DNA from: an uncultured Gemmatimonadota bacterium
Lineage (GTDB): Bacteria; JAAXHH01
Reading direction: 5' to 3'
DNA: 64,000 bases
Assembly (NCBI GenBank): GCA_951812955.1
Contig: OX638340.1
Span: 1-64,000, forward strand
Made by a program: the position numbers and the translations under genes. The notes beneath the pieces are model-generated. The model saw only the letters and a list, made by a program, of their open reading frames with translations, did not search any database and was not told the origin of the DNA. Below, in pieces: positions 39,466 to 50,337 of this stretch; the first letter of the stretch is position 1, and every line of letters begins with the position of its first letter.

Positions 39466-40461
39466 TCAGTTCCGCTGGCTTTTGACCAGGGCCCGGGCCC
39501 GGTTGTGCTCGCGGTTGGTGGTGGAGAAGATGTGCGTGCCGTCGCCTCGGGCTACGAAGAAAAGGTAGGGAACCTCCCGGGGATACAGGGCGGCGTGTAT
39601 GGATGCCATCCCGGGGCTGCAGATCGGTCCCGGCGGCAGCCCGTCATGCACGTAGGTGTTGTAGGGCGACGGGTCCGAAAGGTGCTTCTGGTACAGCCTC
39701 ATGTTGGGTCTTCCGATCCCGTATTGGACCGTTGGATCGGCCTCCAGACGAATGCCCCTTCGCAACCTGTTGTGAAACACCCCCGAAATTACCTCCCTTT
39801 CGTCGTCCACCATCGCTTCCTGTTCAATGATGGATGCCAGAGTAACGATCTCGTGTATGCTGTACCCCAGTTCCTCGGCCCGATTTCGGTACTCCGCCGT
39901 AATGGTTTGCAAATAACGGGACGTCATTTGCTTGAGGATGTCATCGACCGTCATGTCGGGGTACATGTTATAGGTCGCGGGATACAGGTATCCTTCCAGG
40001 GTAGACGCGTCGATCCCCAGCGATCGCACTACAGCCGGATCGGCGGACCGGTGTACGAATGCGGTGGAGTCTATACCTATCTTCGCTCGTAGAGTTCGGG
40101 CCGTTTCCGGTATGGTCAGGCCCTCCGGGACGTTGATACGATTGGCCGCGATCCTGCCCTCGGTGAGCATGCTCAGGATCTGGCCGGGGTCCATGTACGC
40201 CTCGATCTCGTAACGGCCCGCGTTGATCCCATGCTCTACCCCCTTGTAACGCGCCACGAATTCGAACAGGATCGCGTGACGTACGACGCCATGGTCTTCC
40301 AGTCCCCGGGCGACCTCGGACAGGGTCATGCCGGGGTCGACGTTGAAGATCAGGGCGTCTTCGCGGGGTACGGGCGTGGTAATAGACTGGTATGCCGCCG
40401 TGAGCAAGGCCGCTCCGGATAGTACGGCAAGTGCGATGACGCCAGGGATCAGTTTCTTCAA
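39466..40461 (-). CDS. mltG: endolytic murein transglycosylase MltG (YceG family)
   Basis: N-terminal TM 'LIPGVIALAVLSGAALL', 'GMTLSEVARGLEDHGVV', 'ASIIEQEA', 'GGLPPGPICSPG', 'LFFVARGDGTHIFS' are MltG/YceG blocks. Confidence 0.85.
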   Translation of the reverse strand: MKKLIPGVIALAVLSGAALLTAAYQSITTPVPREDALIFNVDPGMTLSEVARGLEDHGVVRHAILFEFVARYKGVEHGINAGRYEIEAYMDPGQILSMLTEGRIAANRINVPEGLTIPETARTLRAKIGIDSTAFVHRSADPAVVRSLGIDASTLEGYLYPATYNMYPDMTVDDILKQMTSRYLQTITAEYRNRAEELGYSIHEIVTLASIIEQEAMVDDEREVISGVFHNRLRRGIRLEADPTVQYGIGRPNMRLYQKHLSDPSPYNTYVHDGLPPGPICSPGMASIHAALYPREVPYLFFVARGDGTHIFSTTNREHNRARALVKSQRN

Positions 40462-41060
40462 TCTAGGGATTCCGTTTCGTCCGCCGTCCGCCGGCGGGCA
40501 TCCAGGTAGTTCTGCAGCATGATCGTGGCGGCGATTCGGTCCAGGCCGCCCTTGTTCCCCCTGACCTCCATGCCCATTTCGTCCATAGCGCGGCGGGCCG
40601 ATATACTGGTCAGTCTTTCATCCCAGGTACGGACTTCACAGGAAACCCGGTCGCGCAGTTGTCTGGCGAAGGCCTCGACCTTTTCGGCCATTCGGCCCGT
40701 GGTCCCGTCCATGTTAACCGGCAGCCCCAGGACGATTTCGAGGACCTGCTCCGCCTCCGCGGCCTCGGCGATGTGCTCGACGGATTCGCCGACACTCCGC
40801 GTAGCCTTCGTTTCCAGGCCGTGGGCGATCAGACCGGCCGGATCGCTCAGGGCGAGACCGATCCGGCGTTCTCCGAAATCGACGCCGAGTATCCTGCCCT
40901 CCGTGACGCGGCCGATCCCGGCGCTCGCGGACGGGTCGGCATAACCGGGATCAACGGGAATCCCGTCCACATGTTGCCGGGACCCTCCGTAACGCCGCTT
41001 GCGCGACGCCCTGCGTCTCCCTTCCGTCGCGGCACTGTTCGTCCTGTTCTTCCTGGGCAT
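40458..41060 (-). CDS. ruvX: Holliday-junction-resolvase-like nuclease RuvX/YqgF (with basic N-terminal extension; start uncertain)
   Basis: 'RILGVDFGERRIGLALSD', 'LPVNMDGTTGRMAEKVEAFARQL', 'VRTWDERLTSISA' match RuvX. The first roughly 55 aa are Arg-rich low complexity. An in-frame GTG at 40970 is an alternative start. Confidence 0.7.
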   Translation of the reverse strand: MPRKNRTNSAATEGRRRASRKRRYGGSRQHVDGIPVDPGYADPSASAGIGRVTEGRILGVDFGERRIGLALSDPAGLIAHGLETKATRSVGESVEHIAEAAEAEQVLEIVLGLPVNMDGTTGRMAEKVEAFARQLRDRVSCEVRTWDERLTSISARRAMDEMGMEVRGNKGGLDRIAATIMLQNYLDARRRTADETESLD

Positions 41061-41096
41061 GTCTTTCTCCCTGTCTCAGCCGGCAGCGGTACCCGT

Positions 41097-41984
41097 TCAG
41101 TGCTTCATAGCCCGTTCCCGCTCGATCATCGGCGGCAGCCCGGTCACGCTGATGCGCCAGAGCAGGCGGCTGTCACGGGGACCGGTGGCGGGTTCCAGCA
41201 CCGTGGCCTTGTGCAGGGTCGAAAAGGTATCCCACGCCCCCGCTTCGCCCACCCTGAAGTCGTACTCCGTCACGTATTCGGGCTTGATGGCGTGGGCGGC
41301 CAGTTCGTCCAGCAGATCGAAGGCCTCGTCATCCGGCATGCCGACGATGCCGAAGGAACTGCCGCAGACGCCGTATAGCGCCTTTCGTCCGGTGACCGGG
41401 TGGCGTTTGACCAGGGGATGATAAACGTTTTCGATCCGGTCCTTCTGGTCCAGCGTCAGTTTTTCCGCGGAGGTCGTTGATTCTTCGTTCAGGTCCGCCC
41501 GGTTGCCATAGTGATGCAGGACGGTCATGCGGTCTATGGCGTCTTTCGTCTTCGCGGGCAAATCGTCGTAGGCGGCCATCTGGTCGGCGAAGTAGGTCGG
41601 GCAGCCCCCATCGGGCCACTGCCTGCCGTACACGACCGTGGAACTGTTGGGCGGGTCCTGGTAGGCCACGTCCGTGTGCCAGAAGGCCGCGCCTTCATAA
41701 ACGCCGATGGGCTGTCCGTCTTCGAAAATGTTGGAGAGGTTGAGTATGGCCGGGTGGTTTTCGTGGCGCAGATGGTCCAGGAAATGAGGCTTCTGCACGC
41801 CGAACTCCCTGGTGAACGCGTCGTAGCGATCGAAGGTCATTTCCTGACGCGGGATCACGATCAGCCCATGGACGTGAAACACCTGGAGGATTTCCCCCAT
41901 GACGGCGGGCTCCAGCGGGCTGGACAGGTCGACCCCGGAGATCTCCATGCCGAATCCGGGCAGAGGTTTAGTGGAAATACGCAT
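41097..41984 (-). CDS. TauD/TfdA-family Fe(II)/2-oxoglutarate dioxygenase
   Basis: 'GMEISGVDLSSPLEPAVMGEILQVFHVHGLIVI', 'WHTDVAYQDPPNSSTV' (HxD), and a C-terminal 'H' in 'LHKATV'. Start at 'MRISTKPL' because the track's longer N-terminus is Arg-rich readthrough. Confidence 0.7.
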   Translation of the reverse strand: MRISTKPLPGFGMEISGVDLSSPLEPAVMGEILQVFHVHGLIVIPRQEMTFDRYDAFTREFGVQKPHFLDHLRHENHPAILNLSNIFEDGQPIGVYEGAAFWHTDVAYQDPPNSSTVVYGRQWPDGGCPTYFADQMAAYDDLPAKTKDAIDRMTVLHHYGNRADLNEESTTSAEKLTLDQKDRIENVYHPLVKRHPVTGRKALYGVCGSSFGIVGMPDDEAFDLLDELAAHAIKPEYVTEYDFRVGEAGAWDTFSTLHKATVLEPATGPRDSRLLWRISVTGLPPMIERERAMKH

Positions 41985-42030
41985 GGCCTTCACCTCCCGT
42001 ACTTCAAGGCGCCATCCGCAATACGCCAAT

Positions 42031-43014
42031 CTATGTCGGCGCGCCGTAGGGACTGTCCTGAAACATCGACTTGAGGTCCTGCGCCCACCCCGTGTCCGGC
42101 AGAAAACGGACACAGTCGTTCCAGCCCGATTCGAGACCCGCGCGGAACAGCGGTTCCGCGGAATCCCGCGGCCATGCGCCTATCAACCGGAACAGCGAAG
42201 GCGAATAAGCGGTGGGTCTCTCCAATTTAACCGCTTCCGGCCGGATCATGCAATGGGCGGCTGCCGGGCTCAACCGGTTTCCGTACCGCGCAAGCAACTC
42301 GTCTACCGGTGTTCCGGTATTCGGCGCCGGTTCGCCTTCCGTTAGGTAAAGCAGTCGCAACAGGGGGAGCATGGCCCCATCGGGCAGCGCGTCGTCCGGA
42401 CATTCGAGCAGGGAGGCATAGACCTCGTCGCCTGCATATTCCGAACCCAGGTCACCCAACCGGCCGTACCGGTCGACGATTTCCGGCGGCGCGGCGCACG
42501 GAACCGGCGCCAGGGTCCTTTCCGGAGGCAGCTCCGTTCCGGCGTCCGATGGGAAAACCTCCCGGTAAGCCGAAAGGGTGGCCCGCTTGACCTCGTACGG
42601 GTACATGTCCGGGTGGAAGTCCTGGACGCGGTCCGCGGCGTACGTGAGCCATCCAGGCGCGTATACGGCCTCGTCGCGGTAAAGACCGGCACGGACAGGA
42701 ACCGTGGCCTCTCCAGCCAGGACCCGCAACTCGCCGGGATCCAGGGGCAGGCCGCGGATGGCCCGGTGCGCCACGTCGAACAGTATCGCCACCCTGGACA
42801 GATCATCGTCCTCTTCGAGCCGCAATGTTGATCTAATGATCTTCTCGGCAGCTCTTCCAAGCCTGCCCAACGGTTCCACCACCGTCCAACTGCCCTTGAT
42901 TTCAGACTGACCCCGGCCGATCCAGCCGCCCCTGTTGAACCAGTTCGCGATCGATCGGACGAGCATGATGGCGACCACTACGAAGAGAGCGACGATGAGT
43001 ATGCGTTGGAACAT
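42031..43014 (-). CDS. hypothetical membrane-anchored protein (single N-terminal TM)
   Basis: 'ILIVALFVVVAIMLV' N-terminal helix, then a roughly 300-aa Pro/Ala/Leu-rich domain with no recognised motif. Confidence 0.4.
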   Translation of the reverse strand: MFQRILIVALFVVVAIMLVRSIANWFNRGGWIGRGQSEIKGSWTVVEPLGRLGRAAEKIIRSTLRLEEDDDLSRVAILFDVAHRAIRGLPLDPGELRVLAGEATVPVRAGLYRDEAVYAPGWLTYAADRVQDFHPDMYPYEVKRATLSAYREVFPSDAGTELPPERTLAPVPCAAPPEIVDRYGRLGDLGSEYAGDEVYASLLECPDDALPDGAMLPLLRLLYLTEGEPAPNTGTPVDELLARYGNRLSPAAAHCMIRPEAVKLERPTAYSPSLFRLIGAWPRDSAEPLFRAGLESGWNDCVRFLPDTGWAQDLKSMFQDSPYGAPT

Positions 43015-43020
43015 GATGTT

Positions 43021-44196
43021 CTACGGGGCGATTCCCAGCATGTCGACGACGATCCCGCAGTAGGCCCGGGCGACGCGGAGCGTGGATTCGATACTGACGA
43101 ATTCGTTGGCCTGGCAGGTGTTCCCCCCTTCGGGTCCGTACACCAGCGTCGGGATGCCTCCGGTCACGGCAAAATGATTCGTGTCGGCCACGCTTCGCGC
43201 CAGGGCGTAACGCACCGGCCGGCCGAGCTGCTCTTCGACCCGCTTCCTGGCGGACCGGACGAACTTCGAACCGGGATCCACGATATACGGCGCCGGAGCG
43301 GGTGTGGGACGGTCATCCCACGAGACGCGCCACTTCGACTCGATCGACAGGGATTGGATCAGTGCCTCGATATTCTCCACGGCCTGGCCGACCGACTGGC
43401 CGGGCAGAATGTGCCGGTCGAGGACGATCTGCGCGTGTTCCGGTACGAGGATGATGTTCCTCCCACCGCTGATTTCGATTACACAGATCGTACCGCCCAG
43501 GTCGTACTCGTCATTCCATCCCAATTCGATCCGATCCAGCGCGGCAATGATCATGGCCGCGTCATGGACCGCGTTGACGCCTTCGCCCGTGTATGCGGCG
43601 TGCGCCGTCTTGCCCGACAGGTCGATCTTGATCACGTGCCGTCCCCGCGAACCGATGCGGAGTCGGCCGGGCGGCGTGGGTTCGGGTATGAGGCAGCCCT
43701 CGCATCCTTCCAGCAGTCCGCTCTCGATCAGCGCGTGGGCGCCCCGCGACCAGTTCTCCTCGTCCGTCGTGGCGGAGACGATCAGGTCGCCGGAGAGTTC
43801 CGCACCGGACCGCACGATGGCCTCCACCGCGGCGAGCACGGCCGCCGCGCCGGCCTTCATGTCGTGGGCGCCGAGTCCGTATAGACATCCGTCCTTCACC
43901 ACCGGAGACCACGGGTCCGTCTCCCACCCGTCACACGCGTCGAAGGTGTCCTGGTGGAAATTCAGCATGAACGCGCGGCCGTTGCCGCGGCCGGTTATCC
44001 GCGCCGCCAGGCTGTCTCCCGATTCGGCAACCGGAATCCGGCGCACGTCGGCAAGCCCGATCTCCTCCAGGTGTCCGTGGATCATGTCGCCCAGGGCCTT
44101 TTCGTTTCCCGTGACCGATGGCACGGAAACCAGCGCCTCAATCAGTTCCGTAATCCGTTCCGCGGTAATGGTGTTGTAGATGGCGCCTGGGGTCAT
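43021..44196 (-). CDS. M20/M25/M40-family metallopeptidase (ArgE/DapE/ACY1-like)
   Basis: 'GNEKALGDMIHGHL', 'FHQDTFDA' (H-x-D), 'GLGAHDMKAGAA' (D-metal/E), 'SATTDEENWS' (EE), 'VIEISGG'. Start at 'MTPGAIY'. Confidence 0.75.
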   Translation of the reverse strand: MTPGAIYNTITAERITELIEALVSVPSVTGNEKALGDMIHGHLEEIGLADVRRIPVAESGDSLAARITGRGNGRAFMLNFHQDTFDACDGWETDPWSPVVKDGCLYGLGAHDMKAGAAAVLAAVEAIVRSGAELSGDLIVSATTDEENWSRGAHALIESGLLEGCEGCLIPEPTPPGRLRIGSRGRHVIKIDLSGKTAHAAYTGEGVNAVHDAAMIIAALDRIELGWNDEYDLGGTICVIEISGGRNIILVPEHAQIVLDRHILPGQSVGQAVENIEALIQSLSIESKWRVSWDDRPTPAPAPYIVDPGSKFVRSARKRVEEQLGRPVRYALARSVADTNHFAVTGGIPTLVYGPEGGNTCQANEFVSIESTLRVARAYCGIVVDMLGIAP

Positions 44197-44374
44197 GTCC
44201 CGTAGTATCGTCTCTGTAGAATTTCGTCCGTATCTGCAGGTCTTTCGCTCATTTTCATGATACAACGTAACGTCCTGTCAGACAAGAGAATTATCTTGAC
44301 ATTCAGGGCCCCGATCGTTAGTTATACCAGCGCTTTCAAGGCATTTCGGGTTCATCTATTTTATGGAGTAAGAC

Positions 44375-45769
44375 ATGGCATCAGCGCACTATGACGTGGC
44401 GGTGGTCGGCGGCGGTCCCGGCGGGTATGTTTCGGCGATTCGCGCCGCCCAGCTCGGATTGAAATCGGTTGTGATTGAAAAGGACAAACCCGGCGGCGTG
44501 TGCCTGAACTGGGGATGCATACCCACCAAGGCGTTGCTCAAGAACGCCGAACTCGTCCTTACCATGCGTCACGGGGAAGACTACGGCATCTCCTGCGACA
44601 ACCTCCGGTTCGACATGGGCAAGGCCGTGCAGCGAAGCCGGAAGGCCGCCAACACGCTCGCCGGCGGCATCAAGTTCCTACTCAAGAAGAACAATGTGGA
44701 TCTCGTCAGCGGCCACGGCCGGCTGGCATCGGCCGATTCCGTCGTAGTAACCGATGCTGGGGGTGAAACGCAGACCTTAAAGGCCCGTTCGGTCATTCTC
44801 GCGACGGGTTCGCGGTCCAAGGCCATCCCCGCCGTCCCCGTGGACGGAGAGCGTATCATCACCAGTACGGAAGCCATGCTGATCGAAGAACCGCCCGTTT
44901 CGATGACCATTATCGGAGGCGGCGCGATCGGCGTGGAGTTCGCCTACTATTACGCTGCCTACGGGACGAAGGTCACCATCGTCGAAATGCTGCCCCACCT
45001 CCTGCCCGTGGAAGACGAAGAGATCAGTGAAACGCTGGAGAAGAGCTTCGCGAAGCTGGGTATCGAAATCAAGACCGGGGCGCGTGTCGAAACGGCCGAA
45101 TCGGGTCCGGACGGAACGGCCGTGACCGTTACCGTCAACGGGGAACAGGAGACCCTGAAGGCCGACGTTACGCTGCTGGCCATAGGACGCGACGCGAACG
45201 TCGAGGATATAGGGCTGCAGGAACTCGGCGTGGAGACCGACAGAGGTTTCATCAAGGTGGATGAAAACTGTCAGACGTCGGTATCCGGTGTATACGCCAT
45301 CGGCGACGTCACGGGACCGCCCCTCCTCGCCCACAAGGCCTCTGCGGAAGGGATCAACCTGGTGGAACGGCTCGCGGGCCATTCAGCCCCGCCCATCGAT
45401 CGGGGAAACATCCCCGCGTGCACCTATTGCCAACCCCAGGTAGCCAGTGTCGGACTTACCGAAGCCCAGGCCGCAGAAGAACGCGAAATCCAGGTGTTCC
45501 GCATGCCCTACCGCTCCAGCGGCAAGGCCGTGGCCGTCGGGCAGACGGACGGCATGGTCAAGCTGATCGCTGACGCAAAGTACGGCGAGATACTCGGCGC
45601 GCACATCATCGGCGCGGACGCCACCGAACTGATCGCGGAGATCTGCACCGCGCGCACGTTGGAATCGACCACCCGGGAACTGCACAAGACCATACACGCC
45701 CACCCCACGCTGTCGGAACTGGTCATGGAAGCCGCCGCCGGGATGGAAGGCGCCGCGATCCACATCTAG
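44375..45769 (+). CDS. lpdA: dihydrolipoyl dehydrogenase (E3)
   Basis: 'YDVAVVGGGPGGYVSAIRAAQLGLKSVVIEK...GGVCLNWGCIPTKALL' (FAD plus redox disulfide CLNWGC), 'TIIGGGAIGVEFA' (NAD), and a C-terminal 'HAHPTLSE' His-Glu dyad. Confidence 0.9.
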   Translation: MASAHYDVAVVGGGPGGYVSAIRAAQLGLKSVVIEKDKPGGVCLNWGCIPTKALLKNAELVLTMRHGEDYGISCDNLRFDMGKAVQRSRKAANTLAGGIKFLLKKNNVDLVSGHGRLASADSVVVTDAGGETQTLKARSVILATGSRSKAIPAVPVDGERIITSTEAMLIEEPPVSMTIIGGGAIGVEFAYYYAAYGTKVTIVEMLPHLLPVEDEEISETLEKSFAKLGIEIKTGARVETAESGPDGTAVTVTVNGEQETLKADVTLLAIGRDANVEDIGLQELGVETDRGFIKVDENCQTSVSGVYAIGDVTGPPLLAHKASAEGINLVERLAGHSAPPIDRGNIPACTYCQPQVASVGLTEAQAAEEREIQVFRMPYRSSGKAVAVGQTDGMVKLIADAKYGEILGAHIIGADATELIAEICTARTLESTTRELHKTIHAHPTLSELVMEAAAGMEGAAIHI

Positions 45770-45899
45770 GATACCCGCGGTCAACCCGCGCTTCGATCCG
45801 TTCCGTTTCCGCGGGGGCTGGCGCGTCGCCCGATGACGGCCTCCACAGGCCAGGGCGGGTTCGACCATGATACTCGGAAAACCGCCATACGCGGCCCGG

Positions 45900-48398
45900 A
45901 TGCGTAGCAAATCCCCTTTCCTGGCCGGCGTGTTGTTCTCCGCCTGCGTCTTCATCTCCGGAGTCGCGGGACAGGGGTGCGATTCCGGTTCCGAGCCTCA
46001 CCTGAACAGACTGGCCGGAGAAGCAAGCCCCTATCTGCGCGGCCATGCCCGGAACCCGGTGGATTGGTATCCGTGGGGCGCGGAAGCGATCGGACGCGCC
46101 CGCCGGGAGGGGAGGCCCATCTTCCTTTCCATCGGTTACTCGACCTGCCACTGGTGCCACGTCATGGAACGCAGGGTGTTTTCCGACCCCGGTATCGCCG
46201 CTTTCATGAATGCCCATTTCGTGAACATTAAGGTGGACCGCGAAGAACGCCCCGATGTAGATGAGATCTACATGGCGGCCACCCAGCTCATCACGGGCGG
46301 CGGCGGCTGGCCCAATTCGGTGTTCCTTACACCGGAACTCGAACCGTTTTTCGCCGGTACGTATTTCCCGCCGGAGGACCTGCCCGGCCGGCCCGGTTTC
46401 CCCCGGGTGCTGAACCTGTTGAAGGAGGCGTGGGACGCCCGCAGGGATGACCTGGTCGGACAGGCAGGCCGAGTGGCGGAAGCGATCCGGTCGCTTCAGC
46501 GCGACCAGGTCGCAGGAGACGGGACGGCGGTCCTGGACGAAGGAATACTCTCCGGTGCCCAATCGCACCTGAAAACGCGATACGATGCCGAAAACGGAGG
46601 ATTCGGCCCTGCGCCCAAGTTCCCGGCCCCTTTGCGAATTGAACTGGCGCTGAAAGAATACGAACGCACCGGCGACGGATCCCTGCTGTCCATGGCCACC
46701 CATACGCTGGACGTCATGATGAACGGCGGACTGTACGACCACGTGGGCGGCGGATTTCACCGGTATGCTACAGATTCCGGGTGGCGCATTCCCCACTTCG
46801 AAAAGATGTTGTATAACCAGGCAGACCTGGCCCGTGTCTACCTGCTGGCCTTCGAAATTACCGGCGAAACAGCCTACCGGGCCGTAGCCGAAGACGTGCT
46901 CGCCTTCGTCCAACGGGAGATGCGGGACCCCGGGAGCGCTTTCTATACCGCTGTGGATTCCGAGACCGACACCGTTGAAGGGCGTTACTACCTCTGGTCC
47001 GAGGAGGATATCAGGAAAACGCTTGGCGCAGACGCGGACGTCTTTCTGACACACTACGGCCTGGCGCCCATTTCCGGGACGGTCGCCGGAATCCCTGCCG
47101 TGGGTGACGTGGAAGGTGACGCGGTGGGCGTCGTGGATGGAGGCACGATAGGAGACGCGGAAGGAGATGCAGATGGTGACGCGGATGGTATCACCGGCGC
47201 GGGTGTCCTGTACGTAAGAACGGATAGGGATTCGGTCGGACCGCCCGACGGCCTGGATGAGCTGCGTGAAACGCTCCGATCGGCGCGTTCGAACCGAAAG
47301 CCTCCCGTGGTGGACACCAAGGTAATCACGGCCTGGAACGGCCAGATGATCGACGCCTTCGCCTACGCGGGGCTCGTGACGGACAACGGGCGTTACGTCG
47401 ACACAGCGGCGCGGGCCGCGGACTTCATCCTCGACCGCCTCTGGGACGACGGGTCCGGCCTCCACCGGATCTACCTGGAAGGAGCGGTTCATCGGGAAGC
47501 ATTTCAGGAGGACTACGCCTGCCTGATCCAGGGCCTGCAGAGACTGCATGAGGTCAGTGCGGAGCCGCGTTGGCTCGCCGCGGCCGAAATGCTCACGAAC
47601 CGGATGAACGAACGCTTCTGGGATACCGAGCGGGGCGGGTACTTCTTCGCGGAAGGCGGAGAATACCAGATCGTTCGCACGCGAAACGCCTTTGATGGCG
47701 CACGGGCATCCGGGAACGGCATGGCCGCCCGGTCACTGGTCTCAATGGCGCGCCTCACCGGCGACTATCGGTACCGGGCGCGAGCCGCACGCCTGTTCAA
47801 CGCATATGCTTCGTCGATGCATGAGATCCCCGGCCGGTTTACCTCCATGATCCTTGCGCTGCGGGACTATCTACACGACGAACGGATTCCGGTACAAATG
47901 GCTGGCGCGGATGGAGGGTCCCCCGCCGGGGAGCACGGGCGGAACGGAAGGACAGGCCCGGGAGAGGGGACGGACCCTTCGGGTGCGGGATTCGGCGGCG
48001 AACCAAAGGTCGTGGCCCGGCTGAGCGTCGTGGCGGGCCCGCGCGAGGAATCCTTCAACGCGACCGTATCGATCTCCATCGAGGACGGTTGGCACATTAA
48101 TGGCAATACGACTTCTGTCCCGGGACTGGTTCCCACGGCCCTTACTTTCAACGCGGATATCCCCATCGAGGCCGCCGCGATTTCTTACCCACCGGCTGAG
48201 ACGATGCGGTTCGCATTTGCCGACGCCCCGCTGGAGGTCTATCGTGGCGACGTCCGGCTGGGTGCCGATATCGATGTGGATCCCGGGTCCCTGGCGGAAG
48301 GCATGCTACTCTACGCGACCCTCTACTACCAGCCCTGCGACGACGCCGTGTGCCTCGAGCCGGCGGAGATCACGATGTCGGCCCCGATGCATCCGTGA
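45900..48398 (+). CDS. DUF255/YyaL-type thioredoxin-domain protein with (alpha/alpha)6 'N-acylglucosamine-epimerase-like' domain, a Gly/Asp repeat insertion and a long C-terminal extension; lipoprotein
   Basis: Lipobox '[11 protein letters not shown]'. '[46 protein letters not shown]' is the thioredoxin-like CxxC part. '[26 protein letters not shown]' and the downstream region are YyaL-like. The ORF-track start at 45867 is 11 aa longer. Confidence 0.7.
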   Translation: MRSKSPFLAGVLFSACVFISGVAGQGCDSGSEPHLNRLAGEASPYLRGHARNPVDWYPWGAEAIGRARREGRPIFLSIGYSTCHWCHVMERRVFSDPGIAAFMNAHFVNIKVDREERPDVDEIYMAATQLITGGGGWPNSVFLTPELEPFFAGTYFPPEDLPGRPGFPRVLNLLKEAWDARRDDLVGQAGRVAEAIRSLQRDQVAGDGTAVLDEGILSGAQSHLKTRYDAENGGFGPAPKFPAPLRIELALKEYERTGDGSLLSMATHTLDVMMNGGLYDHVGGGFHRYATDSGWRIPHFEKMLYNQADLARVYLLAFEITGETAYRAVAEDVLAFVQREMRDPGSAFYTAVDSETDTVEGRYYLWSEEDIRKTLGADADVFLTHYGLAPISGTVAGIPAVGDVEGDAVGVVDGGTIGDAEGDADGDADGITGAGVLYVRTDRDSVGPPDGLDELRETLRSARSNRKPPVVDTKVITAWNGQMIDAFAYAGLVTDNGRYVDTAARAADFILDRLWDDGSGLHRIYLEGAVHREAFQEDYACLIQGLQRLHEVSAEPRWLAAAEMLTNRMNERFWDTERGGYFFAEGGEYQIVRTRNAFDGARASGNGMAARSLVSMARLTGDYRYRARAARLFNAYASSMHEIPGRFTSMILALRDYLHDERIPVQMAGADGGSPAGEHGRNGRTGPGEGTDPSGAGFGGEPKVVARLSVVAGPREESFNATVSISIEDGWHINGNTTSVPGLVPTALTFNADIPIEAAAISYPPAETMRFAFADAPLEVYRGDVRLGADIDVDPGSLAEGMLLYATLYYQPCDDAVCLEPAEITMSAPMHP
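47104..47195. repeat. imperfect GGTGACGCGG-type repeats encoding a (V/E)GDA(D/E)G Gly-Asp tract inside the DUF255 protein
   Basis: Seen directly: gtgacgtggaaggtgacgcggtgggcgtcgtggatggaggcacgataggagacgcggaaggagatgcagatggtgacgcggatggtatc. It gives '[35 protein letters not shown]'. Confidence 0.7.
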
Positions 48399-48623
48399 TC
48401 GGGTTGAAGTGATCCGCAAGGAGAGTCCGGCACCGGGAGCGCGGGAGGATCGAGCGCGCCGGGAGCGCGGGAAAGAAGTTGCCGGATCCCCATGTACCGG
48501 TGTACAGTACAGGGATAACCGGGCGCGCATGAGGTTTTGGAACATCGCGATCCACGACCCGCGCCAGAGGTATATACCGTCACGTGGCCCCTTCCGGTCA
48601 CTTCGCCTTACGTACGAACCGCC

Positions 48624-50330
48624 ATGTCTGAAACGAACTTTGATCCCGATCCGCGGCTGAGCGCGCCGATGCGCCGGCATCTCCGTACCCTCGATCTGGA
48701 TACGGTGGATGCCTACAGGAACTGGTGCCGTGAAAACGGATTCAACGCCCGCCTGAACAAGACTCTGCCACAGCGCCGAAAGGAACTGGCCTCGGCGCGG
48801 AGGACCACGAAACAGCATCGGATCGATTCCGAACTCGAGGCGCATATCCGTGCGCTGGCTCTCGGCACGATCGCGGAGTACCAGGCCTGGTGCCGGACGC
48901 ATGGCGTGGGAGACGGCCTTCAGAAGAGCAAGGCCCAGCGGCGCCAGGAGATCACGCTTGCGCGGCAGTCGCGAAACCGCGAGTTCGCCGAGCGGTCGAC
49001 CACCAGCCAGCACAGGCGTCGCCGAAAGGACATGTTGAAACGGATCGCCGCCGGTGAGATCGGCGACATGGAGCTCACCAGCCCCGTTCTGCTCAGGGTG
49101 CATCACCTCTTTCACAACGCGCCGTTCGATCCGGAGGCCAGGACGGCCTTCCTGTCGCTTCTTCTGCACGTCGAAAAACATGGAAGACTTTTTCATATCA
49201 AACCCGCCGTGCCTCAATACGGGCCGCAGCCGTACAACAATTTCGTGGACGGACTCGCGTCGCTGGCCGCCTGGCATGACCGCTGGATCCGGAAGGTCGA
49301 GGACTGGAAACCGGATAGCCACAACGGAAGGCGGCAGTTCGGCGCGTTGGCGCGCCATCTCCTGGCCGAATACGACGTGCCGTCGTGCATGGATACGGCG
49401 TACTTCACCGGATTGGATCCAGGCGCGAGAATCCGGCAGGGTTGGTTCGTTCACGTCGGTGGAGGCAAGAACATCAGGAAGGCTTCCATTCCGTTGCGAT
49501 TTACGAAGCGCATGGCCCACGAATTCATCGTTTCCGCCCCGTCTCAATACACGGTGGACGCGGCCCTTCGCTGGGCACAGGTGATCGGGATGGGAGGAGA
49601 CGACCTGTTAGCGGAGGCGGTCTGCGACTCGATGCTTGGGGAAGCGGTCGGGGAGGAGCCTTTCTGGGAGACCGTCCTGCACTTTTTCGTGAACAATCCC
49701 ATGCTCGACGTGGCGCATGTCGGTCCGATCATCGATTATGTCCATCACCAGCGGCATGTCGGTCAGGAGCGGCGGAATCCGGACGGAAGCGTTCGTCTCA
49801 TCGATCCCCCCGATCCGGATTTCACCATGAAGGGCCGTACGCCCGAATCCATGTTGCGGCGGGTGGAAGCCTGGCACGCCTCGATATCCAAGGCCTCGGT
49901 GAAGACGCCCAGAACCTGGCCGTCGTCCGGGATCCAGGGATTCGAGTGGGTGGATGAGGACGAAAGGGCGGGCGAGATCCGCAATTGGGCGATCGAGGAG
50001 GTTCTCAACGAACGGGCCCTATCGGAAGAGGGCAAGGCCATGCGGCATTGCGTGGCCACCTACAGGACCTCGTGCGCCAACGGCCACCGGTCCATCTGGT
50101 CATTGAAGGTGAGTTACACGAGTTCCGGCACCGTTCGCCGCGTCCTGACCATAGAACTGATCAATAACAGGAGGTACATCCGGCAGGTGCGCGGCAAAAG
50201 CAATTCCCGGCCCCTGGACGCCCACAGCGGTCGCGCCCAGGAAGGGTGGGACGTATTGCTCCGGTGGGCAAACCAGGAAGGCCTGACGCTACCTAGGGAA
50301 GGGTCGCCGTTCATGAGGAGATTGCATTAG
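48624..50330 (+). CDS. hypothetical protein (568 aa) with an N-terminal tandem 'Y-x2-WCR-x2-G-x8-K-x3-QRR-x-E-x3-AR' repeat and a C-terminal Cys/His-containing domain
   Basis: Repeats are 'DTVDAYRNWCRENGFNARLNKTLPQRRKELASARR' and 'GTIAEYQAWCRTHGVGDGLQKSKAQRRQEITLARQ'. The C-terminus has 'AMRHCVATYRTSCANGHRSIWSL'. No confident family; it vaguely resembles PcfJ-like/plasmid-borne proteins, but this is a guess. Confidence 0.45.
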   Translation: MSETNFDPDPRLSAPMRRHLRTLDLDTVDAYRNWCRENGFNARLNKTLPQRRKELASARRTTKQHRIDSELEAHIRALALGTIAEYQAWCRTHGVGDGLQKSKAQRRQEITLARQSRNREFAERSTTSQHRRRRKDMLKRIAAGEIGDMELTSPVLLRVHHLFHNAPFDPEARTAFLSLLLHVEKHGRLFHIKPAVPQYGPQPYNNFVDGLASLAAWHDRWIRKVEDWKPDSHNGRRQFGALARHLLAEYDVPSCMDTAYFTGLDPGARIRQGWFVHVGGGKNIRKASIPLRFTKRMAHEFIVSAPSQYTVDAALRWAQVIGMGGDDLLAEAVCDSMLGEAVGEEPFWETVLHFFVNNPMLDVAHVGPIIDYVHHQRHVGQERRNPDGSVRLIDPPDPDFTMKGRTPESMLRRVEAWHASISKASVKTPRTWPSSGIQGFEWVDEDERAGEIRNWAIEEVLNERALSEEGKAMRHCVATYRTSCANGHRSIWSLKVSYTSSGTVRRVLTIELINNRRYIRQVRGKSNSRPLDAHSGRAQEGWDVLLRWANQEGLTLPREGSPFMRRLH

Positions 50331-50337
50331 ACGTGTA

